NCBI GenBank assembly: GCA_965660305.1
Contig: CBFHZD010000005.1
Span: 7,886-71,885 of the forward strand
Origin: Flavobacteriales bacterium
GTDB taxonomy: Bacteria; Bacteroidota; Bacteroidia; Flavobacteriales_D; CAJJDF01
Direction of reading: 5' to 3'
DNA length: 64,000 bases
Shown: one piece after another, positions 27,841 through 35,978 of the stretch
Layout: each line of letters opens with the position of its first letter
Numbering within the stretch: the stretch's first letter is position 1
Made by a program: the position numbers and the translations under genes
The notes under the pieces: generated by a model
What the model was told of the DNA's origin: nothing
Seen by the model: only the letters and a program-made list of their open reading frames with translations
Database searches by the model: none

Positions 27841-29154
27841 TTAGTCTTCCATCCATTTCAACCTATCAGCTTGGGAAAACTGCCAAGGTGCTCCATTATT
27901 TTCAATATTACTGAACATTCCAGTCAATTCACTTGGTGCTTTGGACTCTTCCATCACTAAATATCTTCTTAAATCTACAATGATAGACAAAGGATCGATA
28001 TTTACAGGACAAGCCTCTACACAGGCATTACAGCTGGTACAAGCCCACAATTCTTCTTCAGTAATATAATCGTGAACCAACGTTTTATCATCGTGTTTAT
28101 CCTGACCATTCTTTCTTTTAAAATCTCCCAATTCCACCATTCTATCTCGGGTATCCATCATTATTTTTCTTGGAGACAACAATTTACCTGTTTGGTTTGC
28201 TGGACATTCAGAGGTACATCTTCCGCACTCTGTACAAGTGTAGGCTTGTAACAAACTATTCCAAGGTAAATCCGTTACATCTTTCACTCCAAATGTCTGT
28301 GGTTCTCCTGCCGGTTCTGCCGGAGCAGCATATGGATCCGCCTCTGGGTCAAACATCATTTTTACTTCATTCGTAACAGCCTCCATGTTTGAGAACCTCC
28401 CTTTAGCATCCAAATTTGAATACCACACATTAGGAAATGCTAGGAAAATGTGAAAGTGCTTGGAATAAGGCAGGTAATTCATAAAGGTAAGTACAATTGC
28501 CAGGTGGCCCCACCAACCTATTCTTTCAAGAACATGAAGAGTTTCTGCTTCTATACCTCCAAAAAAGAATGGACCATACCATTGACTCATGGCAAAACCA
28601 TAACTCTCATTCCCATTGGCAATATGCATCGCTTCATCTGCTCCATTCATAGTGAATATGAACAAAACCAAAAGAATTTCAAGGTACAGAATTATATTTC
28701 CATCTAATTTTGGCCATCCTGTCATTTCATCTTTATGAAATCGAGGAAGTTTTAATAAGTTTCTTCGAGCCAAAAAGGCGAAAGTCGCTACCAAAGCAAG
28801 TACAGATAAAACTTCTATAATGCTAATAATAAGTTTATAAAAACCACCTAAATAGGGTTGAAATATCCTGTGACTTCCTGTAATCCCATCAATTATTATC
28901 TCAATCAATTCTACTTGTGTAAGCAAAAAGGCGACATAAATAACTAAATGTAGCAAAGCGGGAATAGGTCGATGAAACATCTTTTTTTGCCCCAAAGCCA
29001 CCAACGTCATTATTTTCCATCTTTCCCCTTTTCGGTCGTTTATTTTTTTATCTCGTCCTAGGTTTATATTGGCTATTACTTTTTTTACATTGAAAGCAAA
29101 AAAACCAAAACCAGCGGCAAACAATACGATAAACAAAATACTAGAAATTCCCAT
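27841..29154 (-). CDS. membrane-anchored 2x[4Fe-4S] ferredoxin-domain protein (fused NarI/DsrM-like membrane domain plus HdrD N-terminal-half-like)
   Basis: About 250 aa of TM helices with conserved His (FHRPIPALLHLVIY, SKHFHIFLAFP). These are followed by CTECGRCTSECP and CTSCNACVEACP cluster motifs. Confidence 0.75.
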   Translation of the reverse strand: MGISSILFIVLFAAGFGFFAFNVKKVIANINLGRDKKINDRKGERWKIMTLVALGQKKMFHRPIPALLHLVIYVAFLLTQVELIEIIIDGITGSHRIFQPYLGGFYKLIISIIEVLSVLALVATFAFLARRNLLKLPRFHKDEMTGWPKLDGNIILYLEILLVLFIFTMNGADEAMHIANGNESYGFAMSQWYGPFFFGGIEAETLHVLERIGWWGHLAIVLTFMNYLPYSKHFHIFLAFPNVWYSNLDAKGRFSNMEAVTNEVKMMFDPEADPYAAPAEPAGEPQTFGVKDVTDLPWNSLLQAYTCTECGRCTSECPANQTGKLLSPRKIMMDTRDRMVELGDFKRKNGQDKHDDKTLVHDYITEEELWACTSCNACVEACPVNIDPLSIIVDLRRYLVMEESKAPSELTGMFSNIENNGAPWQFSQADRLKWMED

Positions 29155-29335
29155 AAAATAAATGTGTAATAAGGTTGTGATAAAGATAGGTACTTTTTGA
29201 ATAAATTATAAATGAATTGAATTAAGAATCAGTCTAAATTGAAAAGTAGTTAATAAAAAAAAGCTGTTGTTTTATGAAATTGTGTTGCACAGATAGACCA
29301 AACTCTGGTAAATTGAAATTAAATCTTAAAATAAA

Positions 29336-30412
29336 ATGAAAAAACTATACGTTACCTCTCTCTTGTTGGCACTTCTATCGTTTCAATCTTTTGCCTCTCA
29401 CCATTTAGGAAATGACATGAGAGCCAAACAGATAGGACCTAACAGCTTTGTGATTGAATTAAGAATAGCTTCTGACATTTCGGCTATTGCTTTACCGTCA
29501 AATTCAATAAAAATTTTTGAACAAATCACAGACAGTCTTATTTCAACAGTAACCTTGGCGCTTGATTCTACCAGAACTTTTAATTTAGCAATTCCGGGGA
29601 GTTCAATGGGGTTTTCAGTTGCCTATTATTCGGACACCCTTCAACTTGCTAATAGTTCAAACGGATATTATGCATCAAGCTCTCACTGCTGCAGAGGAAT
29701 AAGCCTGAATCATGTCAGCAACTCTGTTACCTATACCTGTGATTTTCCAAATCCAAACATTCCAACTGGGAACAGCAACCCAAAGTTCGTCAATTATCCA
29801 GACAGCTTATTTTTTGTGGTTGGAGTTCCATCTAAACTTGACTTTTCTTGCACTGATGTAGATGGTGACAGCTTGGTTTACTCCATTACTCAACCTTACA
29901 GCTCCCCATCAGGATTAGGTTCAAAACCATTTAACTTACTCCTTTTCAACCCAGCATTTAACCTCACCAATCCATTGGGGCCGGGAGCAAGTGTATCCAT
30001 TAATCAATCTACTGGTATCGTAACCGGAACTACGAGTCAGGTTGGTATATATATTCTAGCTGTAAGGTGCGAAGAATATAGAAATGGGATTAAAATAGGT
30101 GAGGTAACGAGAGATATCGTAATTCCCTCGGTCAGAGCTTCGAGTACAATTTCCATTGATGAAAACTTTAAAAATCAAGAGATTAAAGTATTCCCTAATC
30201 CAAGTATAGGGAGTTTTTGGATTGAACTTCCAAAACAAGAGCAATCTTCCTATAAGCTAGAAATTTATGATTTGAAAGGGAAGAGAATCCATAATCAAAC
30301 AATGAATTCTGTGAACAGTTTGGTAAAGCTGAGTCCTACTATCAAAGGTCTTTACATTTTGACACTGACATCTGAATCAAATCAGTTCACCAAACGAATA
30401 ATAATTGAATGA
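29336..30412 (+). CDS. T9SS type-A-CTD cargo protein, paralogue of the N-terminal module of 46778..48316 and 48462..50024
   Basis: Blocks shared with the tandem pair: SHHLGNDM, HCCRG, NPKFVNYP, DFSCTDVDGDSLVYSITQP, FNLTNPLGPGASVSINQSTGIVTG, EEYRNGIKIGEVTRDI. C-terminus: VFPNPSIGSFWIEL...GLYILTLTSESNQFTKRIIIE. Confidence 0.8.
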   Translation: MKKLYVTSLLLALLSFQSFASHHLGNDMRAKQIGPNSFVIELRIASDISAIALPSNSIKIFEQITDSLISTVTLALDSTRTFNLAIPGSSMGFSVAYYSDTLQLANSSNGYYASSSHCCRGISLNHVSNSVTYTCDFPNPNIPTGNSNPKFVNYPDSLFFVVGVPSKLDFSCTDVDGDSLVYSITQPYSSPSGLGSKPFNLLLFNPAFNLTNPLGPGASVSINQSTGIVTGTTSQVGIYILAVRCEEYRNGIKIGEVTRDIVIPSVRASSTISIDENFKNQEIKVFPNPSIGSFWIELPKQEQSSYKLEIYDLKGKRIHNQTMNSVNSLVKLSPTIKGLYILTLTSESNQFTKRIIIE

Positions 30413-30457
30413 TTAATTAGTAATGGCTATTTTATTGGTAAGAACCAGAAAACAATT

Positions 30458-31471
30458 TTAAGGTTGCTCATCCAACAGATTTTTGAGTTTCTTTTCATCA
30501 GTTGCGTCTAGCTTTACTCCTTTGTCTTTACCACCAAACACAGCAAACTGTAAGTATCTTTTGGGATGCATTTTAATGTTGTTTACGAGCCTTTCGGTTT
30601 CCTCCAACATCGTATTTACATTGTTCACTAATTCATCGCTATATATCAATTGATGTGCCGTTCCATTTCCACTGTTTATTTCGTCCATCATTTTGGTAAC
30701 CTCTGCCAAGGCAGCTTTTGTTTGCATCACTGTACCAGCGATATCAGCTCCTTTCAAAGAATCAGAAATATCAGAAAAATTAGACACCAAGTTAGTAATC
30801 TTGCTATTGCTGTTCTTTATATTATTCGTGATACTAGCGATATTTTCAAGCGTCTTTTTTATATCTGAAGAACTACCTTTTACCACATTATCAACGTCTT
30901 GTACCGTAGAGTTCAATGTGGTGACTGTCCGTCTCAAAGAATACATCATTCTTCTTAGATTTTCTCCATCTGTACCTAGCACCGTATCAATACTTGCCAA
31001 AGACTTATTCAGTTTATTCAGGAGCACATTTACTTTGGTTTCAATAGGCACAATTTTTTGAGTAGCCAATTCAGTAATACCAAATTTGTAATCTACAAGA
31101 ATCGTATCTTTATCTTGCAATACTTCCTCACTATTTCCTAAAATTATTTGAATTGAACTTTCTCCCAATACGGTAGTTTCCAACTTCGCTTTTGAGTCAA
31201 TGGGAAAATCCAATTCAGACTCTGATATATTCAAAACGGTCACCCAATTCTTATTTTCATCTAGAATATTGTCCTGCACTACCCCAATCTTGTTTCCCTT
31301 GTAATTAATTCCTGACCCCGGAACTAATCCCTGAATATTATCATAGGAAGCGAAAAACACTCTGTTTGAACTAAATGCATTTATTCCTTTCAAGAATTGA
31401 ATTCCAAACAATAATAGAGCAATTGCCACAATTACTGTTAATCCAATTATAAATTCCTTTTTGTGTTTCAA
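30458..31471 (-). CDS. MCE/MlaD-family protein with long helical C-terminal region
   Basis: N-terminal TM segment plus an MCE domain (FFASYDNIQGLVPGSGINYKGNKIGVVQD). About 170 aa of helical, low-complexity tail. No MlaE or MlaF genes are adjacent. Confidence 0.8.
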   Translation of the reverse strand: MKHKKEFIIGLTVIVAIALLLFGIQFLKGINAFSSNRVFFASYDNIQGLVPGSGINYKGNKIGVVQDNILDENKNWVTVLNISESELDFPIDSKAKLETTVLGESSIQIILGNSEEVLQDKDTILVDYKFGITELATQKIVPIETKVNVLLNKLNKSLASIDTVLGTDGENLRRMMYSLRRTVTTLNSTVQDVDNVVKGSSSDIKKTLENIASITNNIKNSNSKITNLVSNFSDISDSLKGADIAGTVMQTKAALAEVTKMMDEINSGNGTAHQLIYSDELVNNVNTMLEETERLVNNIKMHPKRYLQFAVFGGKDKGVKLDATDEKKLKNLLDEQP

Positions 31472-31483
31472 ATCTTTTGATTT

Positions 31484-32563
31484 TTAGTTATTTCCTTGTT
31501 TAATTGCCTCTTTCAAATCTACTCTTTTTCCATCTACAAACCCCATTAAAAAAGCATCTGTATAGCCTTTTGCTCTTGCAGTTTTTAATGATTGCTGAAC
31601 AGAACTAAAAGAACTTGTGTTGCCATAGTAATAACGGTAATACTTCCCGTCTTTCTTTATCTCTACTCCTCTTAATCCCTTAAAGTTATATGATTTTGGC
31701 TCAATCTTATTTGTAGATGATGCCAATTGTATTTTAAATTCAACTTTCGTTGCGCCAGATGCAATTTCTTGTCGCTCATCAAATCCTTCTGAATCCTCGC
31801 GAATTTCATTGTAAACTCTATCTCTCTTTTGTTTATACGTTTTGAAGGCCGAATAAATTGCCTTAGCCATTTTTTGTTGATTGGCAGAACTCTTCAGGAA
31901 AGCATTCTCCTGAGGATTTGTCAAGAAACCAGTTTCAATCAATACACTGGGCATTGTTGTTTTATAAAGAACCACAAAACCTGCTTGCTTTACTCCCCTG
32001 TCTTTTCTCCCAATTTTTTTGAACTCTTTCTGTATTTCACTAGCGAAGCTTATACTCTGATTCAAATAAGCACTCAACTGCATGGTACGCGCTATTAATT
32101 TTTCTGGAGTGATTTTTTGATACTTACTGCTGCTATTTTCCTCGAGTTCTATTACAGAGTTTTCTCTCGCTGCTATTTCCTCTTGCTCATCTGTTTTATG
32201 CAAACCAAGAACATACGTTTCACTCCCGTAGGGCGATGATTTAGCATTTGCATTAGCATGAATACAAATGAATAAATCCGCTCTTTTGGTATTGGCTATT
32301 TTTGCTCTGTTGTCTAACGTTACAAACTTATCGGTTTTCCTCGTGTATTCCACGGCAACATCCTTATCGTTAGTTTCTATCAGTTTACCCAATTTCAGGG
32401 CAATACTTAGCGCAACGGTTTTCTCTTTACTGCCCGTTCCGGAGCATCCTTCATCGTGTCCGCCATGACCAGCATCAATCACAACCGTTTTGAATTTTTT
32501 CCCTTGTGAAAAACCCGTGTTCAAAAAAAACAAAGCTCCGCCCACAAGAAAGAGTATTTTCAT
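31484..32563 (-). CDS. N-acetylmuramoyl-L-alanine amidase (Amidase_3) with C-terminal SPOR-like domain
   Basis: VVIDAGHGGHDEG, SIHANA-like ICIHANANA and ETGFLTNPQE motifs. The C-terminal FKIQLASS...YRYYYGNTSSF...GYTDAF is SPOR-like. Preferred start is ATG 32563 (MKILFLVGGALFF signal peptide); the alternatives 32599 and 32614 cannot be excluded. Confidence 0.8.
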   Translation of the reverse strand: MKILFLVGGALFFLNTGFSQGKKFKTVVIDAGHGGHDEGCSGTGSKEKTVALSIALKLGKLIETNDKDVAVEYTRKTDKFVTLDNRAKIANTKRADLFICIHANANAKSSPYGSETYVLGLHKTDEQEEIAARENSVIELEENSSSKYQKITPEKLIARTMQLSAYLNQSISFASEIQKEFKKIGRKDRGVKQAGFVVLYKTTMPSVLIETGFLTNPQENAFLKSSANQQKMAKAIYSAFKTYKQKRDRVYNEIREDSEGFDERQEIASGATKVEFKIQLASSTNKIEPKSYNFKGLRGVEIKKDGKYYRYYYGNTSSFSSVQQSLKTARAKGYTDAFLMGFVDGKRVDLKEAIKQGNN

Positions 32564-32625
32564 TCGTTTGTGGATAATTATAGGAGTATTCAATGTCATT
32601 TTTTCTAAAAACATAGTTTTTCGAT

Positions 32626-32633
32626 TAACTTTG
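32626..32633 (+). promoter_or_regulatory. -7 promoter box TAACTTTG upstream of the LptD-like gene
   Basis: Exact TAnnTTTG match in the divergent intergenic region. A mirrored CAAAATTA (32660-32667) could serve the amidase gene on the minus strand. Confidence 0.4.
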
Positions 32634-32714
32634 CTAGGATTTCTATTTTGAGTACAAAACAAAATTAACATTATACCACTTAAGCACATATTCCTATCCG
32701 TTTTATTTATTAGC

Positions 32715-35240
32715 TTGGCATTGTTAATATTGTTACTGCCTAACTCACTATTAGCTCAGGACTCTACTACCTCTCAACCTCCAAAAGTAAAAAGGCTCAT
32801 GGAAGAGCCCGTGGAGTACGATGCCGTAGATTCGACAATTTTGGATGTGATAGATCAAAAAGTATTCCTTTACAGTGGGGCAATCGTAAAATTTGGCAAA
32901 ATACAGTTAAAAGCAGGATACATTGAATACGATTTCAAAAATAAAAACGTGTGTGCCTATCCACGCAAAGACTCAATGGGAAAAGAGATTGAGTTCCCAG
33001 AGTTTACTGATGGAGACGAAACTTTTACTGCAAAAGTAATGTGCTATAATTTTGAAACAAAAAAAGCATTTGTTGAAGGCAGTAGAACCAAACAAGGTGA
33101 GGGCTTTGTTCATTTTGAAAAAGTGAAAGTTTATGCCAACAAGGAAACGCATGGTCTTCATGGAAAATACACCACATGCGAAGACGAAAACCCTCATTAT
33201 TATTTCAATATTTCTAAGGCGGTTGTAAAGCCAAATGACAAAATTGTGGCAGGACCACTCATGCTTTACATTGCAGATATTCCTACTCCACTTGCTCTGC
33301 CCTTTGGTTTCTTTCCAAATCAAAAAAACAAGGGAGCAGGCCTCATTATCCCAACCTACGACAACTCGATACCTTGGGGAAGCGGTGTAAGAAATGGTGG
33401 ATACTATTTTCCCATAAAAGATAAAGCAGATGTTCAGCTAACAGGAAGTATTTACGCAAGAGGAACTTGGGGAGTAAGAGCAGTAACAAGGTACAAAAGC
33501 CTTTACAAGCACAATGGAAACTTTCAGTTGTCTTTTCAAGAAAATATCAATGGAGATAGAGAGCTTCCTGCATTAACGAGGTATTCAAAGTCGAGAATCT
33601 TCTCTGTCATTTGGAATCACAATCAAGACCCAAAAGCACGACCTAACTCTACTTTTAATGCCAATGTGAATTATAATAGCAATGCACGAACTGATATCAA
33701 TTCGGTAGGAACCGGGTTTTTAAATAATTCGTATCAATCTTCTATCTCATACAGAAAAATATTCCCAAACACTCCATTCAGTATCAATGTAAATGCCTCT
33801 CAAAGCGGAACCTACAAACCCTCAGACACGGCACTTGGGAGACAAGCGTATAATAACCTTACTTTCAACCTGCCTGATATCAACTTCGCAATGAATAGGA
33901 TTTACCCTTTTAAAGCTCTTGAAAATGATAAAAATGCAGGAAAATCCTGGATGAAAGAAGCCTCTAAAATTTTCTTGACATGGAATACTCAAATGAGAAA
34001 TGAGGTGAATTTTATTGATACCGCCCTGGGTGGCGATATCTTGAATCAATTGTTACCAAGGGTTAAAAACGGAATCCAACACAATCTATCGGCTGGAACT
34101 TCGATTAAAGTACTGAAGAAAAATGTAACACTTAATCCCTCCGTCAGGCTTACCGAAAGGTGGTATTTTCAAAAATTAAATCAAGCTTACAACCCTACCG
34201 AAGATATTATTGAAAGAGATACACTAAGAGGAATAGAAAACTGGAATAGAGCCATGAATGGGAGCTTGAATGTTACCGCTACAACAAAAGTTTATGGATT
34301 TTACCAATTTGCTGAATTTGCAAAAGGACAAAGACAAACATTGGTTCGGCATGTTTTTACACCAAGTGTTTCATTCAATTACACGCCCAGCCTAAATACC
34401 TTTTCAGACACGCAATACGTGAATATAAACAACATCATACTTCCTTACACTCCCTTACAGCTCGGTGTATATGGTGTTCCTCCAAGAACTTCCTCTGGTG
34501 CTGTTGGATTAAACTTAACCAACTCCTTTGAAATGAAAGTAAAAACCAAGACCGATACCGGAATGGTTTACAAAAGAGTGAAGTTAATAGATAACCTCAC
34601 TCTGTCAACGAGTTATGACTTAATTAGAGAAGAGTTTAAATTGGCGGACATTAATGTGACAGGAAGGACCACCTTGTTCAAAACGATTAATATAAACGGA
34701 AACATGCGATTCAATCCTTATGCGCTAAACGATACGATGAGGACGGCCAGAATCAATGAATATGAAATCAATAAGTCGGGCAAACTCGCTCGTATGACAG
34801 ATGCCAATTTAGCAGCAAGCTTTAGTTTATCTCCTGAAACTTTCAGAAAAAAGAAAGAGGAGAAGGAAAAAGAAGAGCCTATTGACCTCTATGACATACC
34901 ATGGAATGCATCCTTTACATACAACCTAAATGTCAGAAACTTTGTAAATCCAGCCACTGATAATGATACCACTTCTTTCATTCAGACCGCTGGAGCAAGC
35001 GGATCCGTTACTTTTACAAAAAACTGGCGCGTTGGTTTCAATTTGAACTACGACATTACAAACAAACAATTATCCTACACCTCATTAGACATATATCGTG
35101 ACTTGCATTGCTGGGAAATGAGATTAAGCTGGATTCCTTTTGGTCCAAGGCAGAGTTACAATTTTCAGATTAATGTGAAATCATCCATCCTTCAAGATTT
35201 GCAATATAAAAAGCAATCCCAACCGAATGAATTTCGTTAA
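32715..35240 (+). CDS. lptD: LptD/OstA-like LPS-assembly outer membrane protein
   Basis: OstA-like N-terminal domain (VFLYSGAIVKFGKIQLKAGYIEYDF) plus a large beta-barrel region. The track start is a TTG, and the true start is uncertain (see finding). Confidence 0.7.
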   Translation: MALLILLLPNSLLAQDSTTSQPPKVKRLMEEPVEYDAVDSTILDVIDQKVFLYSGAIVKFGKIQLKAGYIEYDFKNKNVCAYPRKDSMGKEIEFPEFTDGDETFTAKVMCYNFETKKAFVEGSRTKQGEGFVHFEKVKVYANKETHGLHGKYTTCEDENPHYYFNISKAVVKPNDKIVAGPLMLYIADIPTPLALPFGFFPNQKNKGAGLIIPTYDNSIPWGSGVRNGGYYFPIKDKADVQLTGSIYARGTWGVRAVTRYKSLYKHNGNFQLSFQENINGDRELPALTRYSKSRIFSVIWNHNQDPKARPNSTFNANVNYNSNARTDINSVGTGFLNNSYQSSISYRKIFPNTPFSINVNASQSGTYKPSDTALGRQAYNNLTFNLPDINFAMNRIYPFKALENDKNAGKSWMKEASKIFLTWNTQMRNEVNFIDTALGGDILNQLLPRVKNGIQHNLSAGTSIKVLKKNVTLNPSVRLTERWYFQKLNQAYNPTEDIIERDTLRGIENWNRAMNGSLNVTATTKVYGFYQFAEFAKGQRQTLVRHVFTPSVSFNYTPSLNTFSDTQYVNINNIILPYTPLQLGVYGVPPRTSSGAVGLNLTNSFEMKVKTKTDTGMVYKRVKLIDNLTLSTSYDLIREEFKLADINVTGRTTLFKTININGNMRFNPYALNDTMRTARINEYEINKSGKLARMTDANLAASFSLSPETFRKKKEEKEKEEPIDLYDIPWNASFTYNLNVRNFVNPATDNDTTSFIQTAGASGSVTFTKNWRVGFNLNYDITNKQLSYTSLDIYRDLHCWEMRLSWIPFGPRQSYNFQINVKSSILQDLQYKKQSQPNEFR

Positions 35241-35292
35241 ACAGGACTAAAACACGGATTATTCTGTTAAATTTAAACAAATCCCATTTACA

Positions 35293-35967
35293 ATGAAACA
35301 CCTTGTTGCACTCATATTCTTTGGTAGTTTTGCAATACATAGTTATTCGCAAGAAACAAAAGCATCTGACTCCCTGTTTTCTTTTACAACAAAATGGCAA
35401 CTGTCCACCCATCTCATAAGTCAACCTTATATATTCACTACAGAAGAAGGGTTTCCCAATGTTTTTACAGGAATAGGAATCACTCGAAAAATAGGTGCAA
35501 TTGGAATTAGGCTAAACTATAATTATTTTGATAATGATAAATCAGAATCGATTTACACCGACACTGGTTTTACATTCGACAACCTCTCCTATTTGGAGGA
35601 ACATATTTTTAGGATAGGTATTGAATATCAATCGAGTTACTCCAAGAATTTTTCACTTCTATTCTTTGCCGATTATATTTTAGCGCCTTTTCGGAGCAAT
35701 TACACGATTTTTAGTGAAGATGACATCCCGATTATTTTTGCTCAAACAGAAGGATTAGGCAACGGTTCTACCCTTGGAATTGGTGTTAATTTTAGATTAA
35801 ACAAGCACGTTTCACTGAGCGGTGAAACTCGTCTCGACTTTATGTGGCTAGAGCAGAATCAAAAAATCAAAAACTATGACTCCAGAAATGTTGTGGAGTA
35901 TTGGACTTCAGAAAATACGATGAACCTGAAACTAATCGGACACCTCAGTCTTAACTATCATTTTTAA
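35293..35967 (+). CDS. small outer-membrane beta-barrel protein (hypothetical)
   Basis: Signal peptide, alternating amphipathic strands and a C-terminal LSLNYHF ending in Phe (an OMP beta-signal). Confidence 0.6.
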   Translation: MKHLVALIFFGSFAIHSYSQETKASDSLFSFTTKWQLSTHLISQPYIFTTEEGFPNVFTGIGITRKIGAIGIRLNYNYFDNDKSESIYTDTGFTFDNLSYLEEHIFRIGIEYQSSYSKNFSLLFFADYILAPFRSNYTIFSEDDIPIIFAQTEGLGNGSTLGIGVNFRLNKHVSLSGETRLDFMWLEQNQKIKNYDSRNVVEYWTSENTMNLKLIGHLSLNYHF

Positions 35968-35978
35968 TTCACAGAAAC

